Shown here one piece after another: positions 1 to 13,762 of a stretch of DNA of 64,000 nt (position 1 is its first letter; every line of letters starts with the position of its first letter). This DNA is from Octopus sinensis (Eukaryota): positions 95,790,001-95,854,000 of the forward strand of contig NC_043006.1 in NCBI RefSeq assembly GCF_006345805.1. The letters are read 5' to 3'. The notes below the pieces were generated by a model. It searched no databases. It saw only the letters and a program-made list of their open reading frames with translations, and had not been told where the DNA came from. A program made the position numbers and the translations under genes.

Positions 1-214
1 CAACAACAAACAAAGCAGACGGAAAGAAATATAATTACATGGCCAGTTCATGTAATAACCCAAGGGTGTTGAAAGGAAAGAAAAAAAAAGCACCAGCTAT
101 GGCTGACGGACTGAAAAATGAAATGAACGGCCGAAGCACTAATTATAGATGCTCAGGAGCAAATGCGTAGGGATAAGTTTGATAAAAGCAAAGATCCACA
201 AAACTCGTGTTTTG

Positions 215-430
215 AGTTTGTGTTTGTATCCTTCTACCTCCTGTCAGCCAGTCTTGGTTTATTTACGTCCCCATAATTTACCTCTTCTGCAAAAGAGACC
301 AATACGATAAGTACGAGACTAAAACAAAATATTAATAAAATGTACTTGGGTCGATTTGTTTGACTAAATCCTTCAGGTATTTGCCCCAGTAAGGCCACAT
401 GAGTGTAACAAGTAAAAGATAAAGGATATA
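215..430 (+). mobile_element. Degenerate 3' half of CORE-like tRNA-derived SINE
   Basis: tttacgtcccc...gcaaaagagacc...gggtcgatttgtttgactaa...gccccag...aagtaaaagataaa matches the better copies at 1142 and 8863. Confidence 0.75.
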
Positions 431-726
431 TGCAATCGAGGATGTGATTAAAATACCTGCTGAGACGAATTTTCCTCTATCACCGATATTTATTGCGAAA
501 TGTTACCACAGGACAAAGACTACAGACACTGAGTTATCGAAGGTCTGTATACGTTAAGTATGATACGTTGATGGCTATTTGTTTCATTATTTGTGCCCAG
601 TTTTTGTCAGAGTCGAAATGAATACAGCTTTTGTCATGTAAACCAAGCCTGGAATTATTTTTAATTGATCAAATACAGAGGATAATTGAAATACTGTGAG
701 ATCTTGATTGATATGAACGCTAACTG

Positions 727-1039
727 TGATAATGATGATGGTCACAATGACGACGACGACGACGACAAGGACGATGATGACGATGATGACGATGATGATG
801 ATGAAGATGAAGAGCATGGGGATGATGATTATGATGATGATGATGATGGTGATAATCACCGTCTTCTGTTTGTGTGATAATGTTATTAATGGTAATAAAA
901 TCGATGAAAATAAAGACGAGTATGAATAGAATTAGATATTCGCCGATGACGAGCCACAATGACGAAAACCACGACGATGACGACAATGATGGGGACGATG
1001 TTGATAATAATAATAATGATGATAATAATAATGATTATG

Positions 1040-1071
<32 letters not shown>

Positions 1072-1141
1072 CATTATTATTATTATCATTATTATTATTA
1101 TTATTATTATTACTATTATTATTATTATTACTATTATTATT
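727..1141. repeat. Compound (GAT/GAC)n and (TAT)n microsatellites
   Basis: Trinucleotide tracts seen directly. Confidence 0.95.
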
Positions 1142-1540
1142 ATGGTTGTGTGGTAAGAAGATTGCTTTGCATGGCTCCAGGTTCAGCCCCACTGCGTGTC
1201 ACCTTGGGCAAGTGACTCCTACTTGTAGCCACGGACCGAAAACCTTATGAGTGGATTTGGTCGACGAAAACTGAAAGAAGCCCGCCGTATATACATATAT
1301 ATATATATAATCAGTTCAAATAAATGGATATGTATGTGTGTATGTGTGTTTGTGCTTGTGTTTGTCTCCACTATCACTGCTTGACAACTGGTATTGCTGT
1401 ATTTACGTCCCCGTAACTTAGCGAGGATAGAGTAAGAACGAGGTTTTAAGAATAACTCCCCCGTTCGATTTGTTTGACTAAAACCCTTCAAAGCAGTGCT
1501 CCAGCATGGCCGCAGTCAAATCACTGAAGCAAGTAAAATA
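1142..1540 (+). mobile_element. Near full-length CORE-like tRNA-derived SINE
   Basis: Pol III-like head (tggttgtgtggtaag...ggttcagccc), CORE-like caccttgggcaagtg, internal microsatellite, tail gtgctccagcatggccgcagtcaaatcactgaagcaagtaaaa. Confidence 0.85.
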
Positions 1541-1626
1541 ATGATAAGACGATGACAATAATGGTGATGAGGATGATCATCATGATCACGATGGTATGAT
1601 GATGATGATGATGATTGTGATGATGA

Positions 1627-1659
<33 letters not shown>

Positions 1660-2681
1660 AAGATGGTGAGGAGGAGGGCGGTAGCAGTGACGACTATGAT
1701 TCGGGATATTCTCCACCGGGAACTTAATCATGATGAGGAGACAAAAAATGAGTAGGAGTGGTCGGAGGCAATCGCTATAGAGCGGTAGTAAGAAGGAGAT
1801 AACGAAAGTAGTGGACAAAATAATTCAGATGGCTTCGGCTTAAAAAAAAAAATGAAAAAAAAAATACTTGCTGCGACTAAACAAAAGCAACGCTTTAAGA
1901 CGAAGAGGTGAGAGAAAACCCCCGAGCAGATTAAAAGGGTGAATAATGTAAGGACCTTTTTAAGAGGACATTGTCTTCTTTAGTATTAGAATAGCTGATA
2001 AATTATTTAAAGATGTCCGTTCTTATGACAAAGCAACTTTGTCCATAAACACTCGTAATCTTCCTAGGCTTTCTCACACAGCAAGTGGCTTTTTATCACG
2101 AGAAATGCACTTCAAAATTGTCGTTTCATTGTGCGTAAAACATTGATTTATAGATGGGTTTAGTTTGTGTAAAGTTAGCCGTGTTATTTAAGCTGCAAAA
2201 GGAAATGTTTGATCGTCCATCTTTATTCTCTTTTATTATATATTTTATTTCTTTCTCTTTCTAATTTCGCTACACTTTGTGGACCATTTTTATGTTGTTG
2301 CTTCAACTGATGTTATTATTATTGCTACTGGTGTCGTTATTGTTGAAGATTTCGTTTTACTCGTTGCTGTTTCATCTTCGTTATATTTATTTTCTTCTTT
2401 TTTTTCTTCTTCGCTTACTTGAATATTTCCATTAAGCTTTGAGAGTATGCGAATGTGTGTGTTTTGCGTTATATATTTTTTCCTATTTCATATTATCTAT
2501 TTTATATTTTTCATATATATTCAGAAGAATATTCGATAATAATAGTCATGTCTCGTATTTAATGTTCGGTCAAATATGTATTGTGTTGCATTACTCTTTC
2601 CACGTTACGTATATGGAGTCCACCCCAACTCCCAATGAACACCTACGTTACTAACTCAGTCTTCTTTTCCTTCACTACATT

Positions 2682-2684
<3 letters not shown>

Positions 2685-2718
<34 letters not shown>

Positions 2719-3086
2719 TATATGTGTGTGTGTGGGTGTGTGTGTGTGTGTGTGTGTGTGAATATATATATGTATTTATATATATATAATATATATATTA
2801 TATATATATATATATATTATATATATATAGGATTATGTATATATATATATATGTATATATGTATTTATATACATATATGTATATATATATATATATATCT
2901 ATATATATATATATATATATATATAATATGCTTCATAGATACGTAGAATCTTACATATTTATATACATTTGCACAATAATAATATCTATATTAACTACAT
3001 ATATGCAAACAAATATTTACGTATATAACGTCTATATATATATATATATATATAATATATATTATATACATTTAAATGGATACTTA

Positions 3087-3129
<43 letters not shown>

Positions 3130-3360
3130 GTGTGTGGTGTGTGTTGTTGTGTTGTGCATTGGTATATAAGTACATTAAGATAGTACGTTTGCATGTATAT
3201 AATATATATATACATGTATATATGTATATATGTATATATATATATATATATTGTATGTCTATATGTTGGTATATCCATATGTGCATATATGTACACACGT
3301 GTGCACGCACACACATAGAGACACGCACGCACACACATATGTATTTACATAGGCACATGA
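2685..3360. repeat. (TA)n/(TG)n compound microsatellite
   Basis: Dinucleotide tracts; similar tracts at 3950-4400, 4820-5310, 17740-18030, 24090-24545, 25300-25575, 32220-32560, 47200-47760, 48080-48860. Confidence 0.95.
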
Positions 3361-3955
3361 AGAACCTACTCAAGTAACACATGAATAGTTCCTAAGCTGT
3401 CTGTGTGATTCCCTTTACGTTTATAAACGCGAAGAATATATCGTAGGAATGTGTGTCCAAAACACACACATCTGATATCCTATTCAGTAGATACGACATT
3501 GTTACGCTTTCTCTATCAATTTAGCAGCTTTTTAATAGAGTTTGACTTTATATTATGTTACAAGATGTGTTCATGTATATCGCCGAGTCTACAATATCGT
3601 ATACAACCATAATGTCCAGCTATTGCTACTTTATTACACATTGGTTCGGTGAGTTATACTTTTGTTTTGTTTTTGCATATTATCATATATATGTATATAT
3701 ATATTTCGTCTTTAGTAGCATTTCACGCTGGTAGCCACTTGACGCCTTTTATAGTTCATATGTATTAATACAAACATATACTCCTGTGTGGACATACTCA
3801 AACGTACACAAATACATATGTGTATACATGGATGTGTAAATGTGTGTGTGCGTGTCTGAATATGTGTGTATTCCTTTCTTTGTACGTCTCCCTCCCTAAC
3901 TATGCCTCTGTGTATTTATCTCTATGTATCTACCTCTCTATCTCACTGTCTCTCA

Positions 3956-3987
<32 letters not shown>

Positions 3988-4326
3988 GTATATATATATG
4001 CGTGGTGTATGGATATGTATACATATATGTATATCTATATATATGCATATAAATATTTATATATATATGTATATATATATATATAAATATACACACATGT
4101 ATTTACACGTGTGCATGTGAGAATGAGTATGTGTGTGCGTGTGTGTGTGTGTGTATGTATGTAATGTTCTACATCTCTCAGTATATATGCAAACATATAA
4201 AGCGCATGCACATTTGTGAGTATATGTGTATCTATCTGTCTGAGCTCATCTGTGTGTGTTTGTGTATGTGCTTCTGTGTGTGTCTGTATGCGGGTGTGTG
4301 TGCGTGTGCCTCTGTGTGTGTCTGTA

Positions 4327-4378
<52 letters not shown>

Positions 4379-5159
4379 TGTGTGCCTCTGCGTGTGACCG
4401 TGTACGCACATGTGTGTAACAAATGTTTATCGATGGGTCGTCTTCCTTCAATTCACATCATAATTTCTACACCAGATATCAGATCTGCAACAGTGCATAT
4501 TCCAAAAAAAGAAAAAAAAAAGTCTTCTTTAATCGAGCGTACATTAAGAATATTTCTTGCTGCTAGCTTTTAAGTTGTTGTTGTGCGGTTTATTGTTGCT
4601 AATGTTGTTGTTGCTGTCAGTGTTGTTGTTGCTGCATTTTTAGTGCTGCTTTGTAGCCACTAAGCAGCAGTAAAGGGGGTTGAATCAACATAACTTAGGA
4701 GTCGCAGACTATGAAGAAACAATAAAAAAAAAACGATCAAAGACAGCATTTCCAAAATGCTTTTGAAAGTTTACCGTAACAGAAACATTTCGAAGGCGAC
4801 AGATGAGTACTCCAGTTGTACATACATTCATTACATTATATATATCACATAATATACACTCACAAACACGGATATACATATTTATATATATTATATATGT
4901 ATATTTTATATCTAGTATATATGTTATACAATGCTTATAATCATATAATATATACATATATTTCTTACATAGATCAATATCTATATATATATATATATCT
5001 ATAGACACGTGTGTGTCTGTGTATGTACTCACATATGTGTCTATATACATATACACAAGTACGAACATACAGACGCAGAGACATATATATATATATATAC
5101 ATATATATGCATACGTAAATATGCATTTATATAATATATATATATATATAAATATATGT

Positions 5160-5209
<50 letters not shown>

Positions 5210-5849
5210 ATGTATATATATATGTATACATATGTATGTGTATATATGCATGTCGAAGTAAATATATATATAAATGTATGTATGTATACGTATGTATGTG
5301 TATATATGCATGTCGAAGTAAATGGAGAACACGCCTAGAGATAGCGTTAGATATGATCAATGTTATAAGTGGCCTTTTACAAAGAAATATATCAGGTGAA
5401 AGATTATATTTGAAAAAAAAAGAATATGGGTGGGTAAGTAATATTTTCTTTAGAAAAATTCCAAGAAGAATTTAAGCTTGCAACAAGAATTTCAGAAACA
5501 CACAGGCGCACAGTACTGATGCAACATGACGGTGATCATTCGAACTATGTATGTGTGTATGCGTGTGAGCACACGTCCTTGTATGTGTGTGTGTACATGT
5601 GTGTTTGTGGATGGTGTAATATTTTCCTGCTAAATTGAATTCCACACATGTATCGTGTGGCCACTTTATTTCGTGTCCTGTTTTTCTTTTTTACCATTTA
5701 TCGCATTTCTGTTTTGGTACTTGCAATCTTTGCCAACTTATTACGCAATCTCGTCTGGTTAAATACTTCTGTTATTTTCCTTTGCAAAACCATTTGCTGC
5801 GGCTTCTTTCTGAAGTCATGTGACATTCCACACACCGAATATCAAAAGA

Positions 5850-5960
5850 AATACCGAGACTGGTTCGTGTTGTTCGGTTAAAGCCATCCTTCACGGAGTT
5901 GCCCCAGCATTGCCGCAGTTCAATGCCTTAATAAAATTAAGAGGTAAAAAGAAAAGGATA
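5850..5960 (+). mobile_element. CORE-like SINE 3' tail fragment
   Basis: ttgccccagcattgccgcagttcaatg matches the SINE tail. Confidence 0.65.
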
Positions 5961-5994
5961 CCCAATTCACAATACATGAAAATGCTATGTATAG

Positions 5995-6222
5995 AGTTTT
6001 CCTTTTACTTGTTTCAGTTACTGAATAGCAGCCATGCTGGGGCAATAACATGAAGGAAGGCTTTAACCGAACGACTCGATCCCGCCTCGTTATTTCGTTA
6101 TATATTCTTGTGGAATTTCACATGACTTCAGTACGACAGCAGCAAAATTGCTCAAGGTGCCACGCAAGGGGTCTACAGCCGGAACCATGTGGTTGGTAGG
6201 CAAACTACTTACCACACAGCCC
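5995..6222 (-). mobile_element. Internally deleted CORE-like SINE
   Basis: Tail ttttacttgtttcag...gccatgctggggc and head caaggtgccacgc...ggaaccatgtggttgg...cttaccacacagcc. Confidence 0.75.
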
Positions 6223-7159
6223 GGCTAATCGCGATACCAGCACGTATTCTGGAACTCTTATCCTATATATCGTTGGAGGGGAGATGAACTGCTGCTACCT
6301 CTAGCGGTTGAGCATCTATCATTGACGAAGCCAAGGAAGGTCGAAATGACATGATTTGGTTGTCTCGGTGCTGGAGGTGGCGGGGATTGTAAATGATTTC
6401 CACAAATACCTTGAAAATTATCTCTGTAACTGACCAGTGGACCAGCGGACCGAAGAACTGATTGACAGGCGGACTGTTCTGTGGGGGCTGAGTGTTGTAA
6501 TTTTAATCACTCCTATCTTATGAAAACTGGGTTAAGTTCCGGACCTAATTTTAATTCTAGTTACTCAGGCAGATCGTTTTAAGACGTAAGAGTAGGAGGC
6601 AAACATGCCAAATAGGAAGCACTTCTGCCTATATAACGTTTAGCATATCAACAACATTTTAGATTAGAAAGCACTGACACAAATTGCTAGACACAAAATG
6701 CTCGGAAAATTTTGAGACTATCAACGGTTAACCTCAAACATTCGAAAGGGCAGACTCATCAATAGTAAAAGTATGAACTATTTTCACTGATAAATATCGA
6801 TAACATCCTTGTAAGGAAAAAAAGAAACACATACATAGATACATACACACACATGGATACATACATACATACATACACACACATGGATACATACATACAT
6901 ACATACACATGGATACATACAGACAAGTACGTAAATACGTATAAATATAGACACGGATCTATTTTCTTCGTTGCTTTACTCATATCTTACGTGGAAGTAC
7001 ATCTCATATATTTGCTATTTACCTCCTGAAACAAACATCAATTCCCTAGGGGAGATAATATCAAAAATAATCTTCAGACGGTCGATTGATCTTAACATTG
7101 CACTGCGCTTGAAACTGTTTCTTCTTAACGTAGTTTCATCTCTATGTCCGTCTACCCAA

Positions 7160-7230
<71 letters not shown>

Positions 7231-7231
7231 C

Positions 7232-7282
<51 letters not shown>

Positions 7283-7473
7283 CATCCATCCATCTATCTA
7301 TCTATCTATCTATCCATCCATCTATCTATCTATCATCTATCTATCTATCTATCCATTCATCCATCTATCTATCTATCTATATATATATATATATATGTCT
7401 CTCTCTCTCTCTTTCTATCTATCTATCTATTTATCTCTCTCTCTTTCTATCTATCTATTTATCTCTCTCTCTA

Positions 7474-7504
<31 letters not shown>

Positions 7505-7670
7505 TTATCTATCTGCCTGTCTGTCTTTCTATCTGTCTATCTATCTCTGTATCTATCTATTTATCTATCTGTCTGTCTCTCTACCTATCTCGCCTATCTA
7601 TCTAGCTATATATCTATGTATCGATGTAACTATCAATCAATCAATCTATCTATCTATCTTTCTATCTATT
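7160..7670. repeat. (CT)n/(TATC)n microsatellite
   Basis: Seen directly; source of the LSIYLSIY ORFs. Confidence 0.95.
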
Positions 7671-7912
7671 TGTCTGTTGATATGCTGCCTAATTGCTTCT
7701 TTGTCTCCCCTTCTCTCTGTCTATCTCTATCTATCTACGATCTATCTATCTGTCTGTCCTTCTTTCTTATCTTCTTTCTTTCTTTCTTTCCATGTCTGTC
7801 TTCCTATGTCTTTCTGCATATCCTCCTCGAATTATTGTATCTTTCTTTCCTTTCCTCCTTATTTCTTGTTTCATTTTTTTTTATATCCCTGTCCCCACTT
7901 CATTTCTTCCAT

Positions 7913-8089
7913 CTTTTACCTTTTAAATATTTCAGTCATTAGACCGGTGTCATGCTGGAGCACCGCCTAGAAGAATATGTACTCGAATAAAACGATCCCA
8001 GTATTCAATTTCTAAAGCCTCGTGCTTATTCTATCGGTTGACTATGTCGAAGTGCTAGGTTACGCATATATAAGCAAACCAACACCAGT
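7913..8089 (-). mobile_element. CORE-like SINE 3' half, fused to mariner remnant
   Basis: ttcagtcattagacc...catgctggagcaccgcc...cttattctatcgg...ccaacaccagt. Confidence 0.8.
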
Positions 8090-8692
8090 GGCTTGGTAAA
8101 AGGGAAAAAGCTCAACCACAACCGAGAAGGGAACTTCAGGGAAAAAGGTTCTCTCTCTCTATCTGGTGGGATTGCAAAGGAGTAATTCACTTTGAATTGT
8201 TACTACCTAATCCAACAATCAATGCTCAAGTCAACTGTCAGCAATTAGAGCGTTTGAACCAAACTTTGAAGGAAGAAAGTCCCGCGTGAGTGAATCGAAA
8301 ACGAGTGATGTTTTACAGGACAATGCGCAACCCCACACTGCAAAGATCACATCACAGAAGATCGAAGTGCTTGGTTGTGAAAAAATTCCTCATCCACCTT
8401 ATTCTCCCGACCTTGCTCCTTCAGACCACCATTTGTTTCGTAGTTTACAGAATTATTTGGGGGACATAAATTTCGCAAGCCAGGAGGCAGTCGAAACTGA
8501 AATTTCAGAGTTCTTCGCTTTGAAACCAAAAGAGTTTTACATTGATGGGATTAAAATGCTTGTAAATAGATGGAAGGAAGTCATAGATAATCAGGGAAAG
8601 TATATTGATGATTAACTTTCAATTAGATATAACATTTGATCACTTGCTTTCTTTATTCAAAATTTGGACAGAACTTGTGGGATGACCTGATA
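8086..8692 (+). mobile_element. Mariner (D,D34D) remnant: C-terminal transposase pseudogene plus 3' TIR ending in TA
   Basis: IWWDCKGVIHFELL, QDNAQPH, HPPYSPDLAPSDHHLF (34 residues between the last two Asp), RWKEVIDNQGKY; end ggacagaacttgtgggatgacctgata; internal stop and frameshifts. Confidence 0.93.
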
Positions 8693-8862
8693 TATAATAA
8701 CTACACGGTGCCACACAACTACCAGAGTCTAATTTAACTGTAATTTTGGAAGCATATGCAGCTCCCTCTATCATTTTGTGAGGCAGATGTATGTTAGGTC
8801 CCATGTTGTCTGTCCCTCCATGGCAAAAAGTCAACGCCCGCCTGTAGATAATTCTCACGTGA

Positions 8863-9276
8863 TATCTTTATCTTTTCTTTTACTTGTTTCAGTCATTTGA
8901 CTGCGGCCATACTGGAGCACCGCCTTTAATCGAGCAACTCCACCCCGGTACTTATTCTTTTAGTAAGCCCAGTACTTATTCTATCGGTCTCTTTTGCCGA
9001 ACCGCTAAGTAACTGGGACATAAACACACCAGCATCGGTTGTCAAGCAATGCTAGGGGGACAAACACAGATACACAAACACACACACGCATATATATATA
9101 TATACATATACACGACGGGCTTCTTTCAGTTTCCGTCTACCAAATCCACTCACAAGGCTTTGGTCGGCCCGAGGCTTTAGTAGAAGACACTTGCCCATGG
9201 TGCCACGCAGTTGGACTGAACCCGGAACCATGTGGTTGGTAAACAAGCTACTTACCACACAGCCACTCCTGCGCCT
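8863..9276 (-). mobile_element. Full-length CORE-like SINE (best copy)
   Basis: Reverse complement: aggcgcaggagtggctgtgtggtaag head, ggttcagtcc B-box-like motif, gggcaagtgtcttctac core, tail cagtcaaatgactgaaacaagtaaaaga. Confidence 0.9.
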
Positions 9277-9314
9277 ATGTTGTTTTATTCGAGCCATTTT
9301 GTCTCTTTTAACTG

Positions 9315-9708
9315 TTATCTTTTACTTGTTTCATTTATTAGACTGCGGCTATGCTGGAGCACAGCCTTGAAAAGTTTGAGGTCCAAAAAATCGACCCCAT
9401 TTCGTTTTTTAAGCCAGGTACTTATTCTATCAGTCACTTTTGACGAACGCCTAGGTTACGAGATGTAAACAAATTAGCACCGAATGTGAAGCGGTGCGGG
9501 GTGGCAAACAGAAACAAAGACATATACATAAAAATGCATATAAACGTATACAATTGGCTTCTTTCAGTTTCCGTCTTCCAAATCCACTCAAAAGGCTTTG
9601 GTCAGCCCGATGTTATAGCAGAAGGCACCTGACACATGCAATGAAACCGAACCCGAAACCAAGAGACTGGGAAACAAAATTCCTACCACACAGCCATAGC
9701 TGCGCCTA
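9315..9708 (-). mobile_element. Full-length diverged CORE-like SINE
   Basis: Collinear with 8863-9276. Confidence 0.85.
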
Positions 9709-10139
9709 TCCACGGATTCTCTGCCACCAATCACGCAAGCTAAACATTTGCTGATCTTGTTAACAAATTCATTAATTTTTCGTTTGTCAATGATTGCACT
9801 TTTATTGCATCCGTTTAATGAATGCTGTTCATATACCATTTTTCCTTTTATGGACATCATCAGAGAAACGTTTTTTTCTAATTAGGGCCTATCAACAATT
9901 TTCTCGCTGAAGAAGCCATTTTAAAAGAGTGGTAATTGAATGTTTACAATATCTAAAATATAAAAATTCTACAGACAAATTATATCCCTTTGAAACTGAA
10001 AATAATCAAGTAAACCTCCTTACAAAATATTTTCACCTATAAGCAGAATTTTCGAAAATGGGCGTCTCGTTTTTCCATATAGCACAAGCATGCTGAATAC
10101 AAGACTTCCTTGGAAACCCTTCGATGGTATCCATACACA

Positions 10140-10685
10140 CCAGTTGCTCTCAGGGTTTATGATCTGAATTTACTGGAAGTATCAACATCTATATAATTTG
10201 TAAATGTTGTAAAAGGTGGATTACAGCAAATATTCTGCTAAATACTGCAGATTTATTTGTCAGTTGCTTGACTTTAACCAGTTGAGCATGTCCCTTACTG
10301 GCTGATGATTTGTGCATCTCTAATCACGAGCAGAAGCGGTGGCGCATCATAGTCATATGTTGAGAGGAGTTCTTTGGGGTTTGAATTATTCAGCCCTGAA
10401 GACATGGGTGTTTTGTTCGTCATCCTTATTCAGGTACCAAACAAACCTTATTCTGGGATGTTTTAAGAGGGACGGGCTACTGGACAAGAGGAAAATTCTA
10501 ACAGGGTCCCATCTGAAAGATCATGCGCTGTTTAGCTTCATATGAGATCACCATGTCGTTCACATATGGTTGTGATGCATGTGCCTGGTGTACCCTTACC
10601 AGACAAACAATCGTGTGGCCTATATTGGGCTTCCTATGTTTGCAACACATCGCCATTTTGTTGGATAGCGTTACTTTCTCATTCA
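10140..10685 (+). mobile_element. Diverged copy of ~560-bp (TAA)n-associated non-coding element
   Basis: Collinear with 10935-11492 (cagcaaatattctgct...ttgagcatgtccctt...atatggttgtgatgcatgtgcctggtgtacc...tctcattcaataat). Confidence 0.85.
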
Positions 10686-10783
10686 ATAATAATAATAATA
10701 ATAATAATAGCAACAACAACAGCAACAACAACAACAATAATAATAATAAATAATAATAATAATTAATAATAATAATAATAATG

Positions 10784-10829
<46 letters not shown>

Positions 10830-10860
10830 TAATAATAATAATATGATAATAATAATAATA

Positions 10861-10910
<50 letters not shown>

Positions 10911-10934
10911 TAATAATAATAATAATAATAATAA

Positions 10935-11492
10935 TTGCCCTGATGCAGTACCAGGCAGTGGCTCTCATGGCTTCTGATCTTAACTGATTGGAAGTGTTAT
11001 CATGTACATTGTTGTGTCTTGGTATAAAAGATGGGCTACAGCAAATATTCTGCTCAATACCACAGATTTGCTTGTCAGTTGTTTGACCATAACCAGTTGA
11101 GCATGTCCCTTAGTGGCTGACGATATGTGCATCTCTGATCACGAGCAGAAGTAGTGGGGGAGCATCATAGCCATGTGTTGAGAGGGATTCTTTGGGGTTT
11201 GAATAGTTCACCTCTGGAAACGTGGGTGGTTCTTTCAACATCCTTAAACAACCCTTATTCAGGGACCGTTTGAGCGGGATGGGCTACTCAACCTGAAGAA
11301 AATTCTAACTGGGCCCCACCTGCAAGGTCATGTGCTGTTTATCTTGATATGAGATCACCATGTCGCGCACATATGGTTGTGATGCATGTGCCTGGTGTAC
11401 CTTTATCAGACGGGTAGTCATGATGGGTATATTGGGCTTCGTATATTTTACCCCAGTGTCACTTTGATGGCATGAACTGCTCTCTCACTCAA
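10935..11492 (+). mobile_element. ~560-bp non-coding interspersed element flanked on both sides by (TAA)n
   Basis: Three copies in the window; starts ttgccctgatgcagtacc, ends ctctctcactcaataataat; strand assigned only by analogy with Dong orientation in (TAA)n. Confidence 0.85.
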
Positions 11493-11840
11493 TAATAATA
11501 ATAATAAATACGTATCAACAGCATTGACAAAGATGCAATTATCATCATCACTGTCATGAAAGACTTTATCTTCCTGATAATCAATAACAATTGCTCTCGT
11601 AGAATTCTATAGAATTACGGAAAATTTTAACTTAACATTCTCTAAATACTTCAAATTAAATACAATCTGATATAACAAGCTGCATGGAATGGAGTGTCTT
11701 TGTTCGTTTGTTGTAGCTATTATTGTTGTTGTCGTCTTCGTAATTGTTCTCTTCGCTCTTATTAGCCGTGTCTTGCAGCATTCCAGTTGTCATCGATATT
11801 GGTTTTTGTTCTTCAAGTGATGAGTATTAGCCGCTGTTGC

Positions 11841-12110
11841 TCCTCCTCCCCTCTTCTTCTTCTTCTTCTTCTTCTTCTTCTTCTTCTTCTTCTCCTCCTC
11901 CTCCTCCTCCTCCTTCTTCTTCTTCTCCTCCTCCTCCTTCCTCTTCTTCTTCTTCTTCTTCTTCTTCTCCTTCTCCTCCTCCTCCTCCTCCTTCTTCTTC
12001 TTCTCCTCCTCCTTCCTCTTCTTCTTCTTCTTCTTCTTCTTCTTCTTCTTCTTCTTCTTCTTCTTCTTCTTCTTCTTCGTTCTCTTCTCTTCCCTCTTCT
12101 CCCTCTTCTT
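11841..12110. repeat. (CTT)n/(CCT)n polypyrimidine microsatellite
   Basis: Seen directly. Confidence 0.95.
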
Positions 12111-12863
12111 CCCGTTGTGCTATTTCTCACTATACATTTCAGCACATTTTTTCTTTTTTTTATGTAGAAGAATCTGTTCTAAGTGCATATATTGCCGAGA
12201 CATAATTTTCTTGTAGACAGCCTAATTTCGACTGGCATTATACCAACACATTTGATTATTCGAAATTACTGAGCCAGCAGGTATAGTCTTCGTCTTTCGT
12301 GAGTTTTTCTCTTCTTCTTCTCTATAAGACACTGAACGTCAGATCTTTTCTAAGATAAATTGCCTATTGATATAATTGTTGGAACCCAGGTCGTCAACGT
12401 ATTAATTTATTGGTTAACGTTAATAAAAATATTAATACCTTAGCTTATTCCTGATTCGCTTGTCCGTTACTATGTTTCACTGGAGATACACAAGCGCAAG
12501 TTCTACGCTGCATAATATCTTCATAAGTTAATTCTCGTCTCAAGCCACAGAATGTTTTGCTAAGTAGTTGCCTTACCTATTAGAATTCGGTCACAAATCT
12601 CTCTCAAATTATACAACTCTCTTAAATATGAAATAGATGCCATCGGTAACGAACACCTAGATAATATTCATGAGACGTGATGGTTATAAATGGAATGTCT
12701 TAGATTATTTAACTGCTTAGTAACAACTACAGAGACGAAAAGTAAAATAAAAACGTCGCTTCCAGTGACGAACGAATATGAGCCGAGGATAATTCCATGA
12801 TTTGCTGTTTCAAGTGTCTACATATTCGCGACTACCCGTAAATCCTACATCTTTTAATTCTTG

Positions 12864-13289
12864 TCTTTTACTGGGTTCAGTCATTAGGCTTCGGCCATGC
12901 TGGAGCACCGTCTTGAAGAATTTTAGTTGAACAAAGTAACACCAGTATTTATTTCTATTTTAGACTTGATACTTATTGCATCGGCCTTTTGCCGAACTGG
13001 CTAGTTACTAGGACGTAAACACACCAACACCGGTTGTCAAGCGGTGGTAGGTGGGAGCTATCACAGGCGCAGATACACACCCCCACACATACACACACAA
13101 TCAGACACGCAAACACACACACATAATAATATATGTATGTACGATGGGCTTCTTTCAGTTTCCGTCAACCAAATTCACTCACAATGTTTTGGTGGGATCG
13201 AGGATATAATAGAAGACATTTTCTCAAGGTGCCACGCAGTGGGACTGAACCTGGAACCATATGGTTGAGAAGGAAACTTCTTACCACAG
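12864..13289 (-). mobile_element. CORE-like SINE
   Basis: Collinear with 8863-9276. Confidence 0.85.
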
Positions 13290-13349
13290 TGGAAAGAGCG
13301 GTGTCCATGACATTTTATTTCTCTTTTACATTGTTTTATGATAAATAGA

Positions 13350-13393
<44 letters not shown>

Positions 13394-13490
13394 TGTGTGT
13401 ATGTGTGTCCCTGCATCTGTGTATGCATCTAAATATACGTGTATGCGTGTGTGTCTAGTTTTATGAGATGTGGAGTTATTATTAAACGCA

Positions 13491-13690
13491 GGCAAGGCGG
13501 TGAGCCGAGAAAAATGCTTAGCAGCATTTCGTCGGTTTTCACGTCCTGAGATGAAATTTCGCCAAGTTCAACTTCACCTTTCATGCTTTCGGTGTCGATA
13601 AAACAAGTACCAGTTGATTAATGGAATCAATGCAGTCGACTTAACCCATCTCGCGAAATTGGTGGCGTTCTTTCCAAAATTTGAAATCAT
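13491..13690 (+). mobile_element. Meta-domain-like tRNA-derived SINE (degenerate)
   Basis: ggcggtgagc head; cacctttcatgctttcggtgtcgataaaacaagtaccag resembles the gcctttcatcctttcggggtcgataaa core. Confidence 0.75.
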
Positions 13691-13762
13691 AGGTAAATAT
13701 AAACAATTTCACTTTTACTTGATTACTTTTCCCCACAACGTTTCGGCCTTTATATGTCTCAG

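Noticed and set aside
6317-6355. Hammerhead-like atca-TTGACGA-agcc..ggtc-GAAA
   Set aside because: C3 altered, stem II weak, no UH cleavage site; could be chance or very decayed
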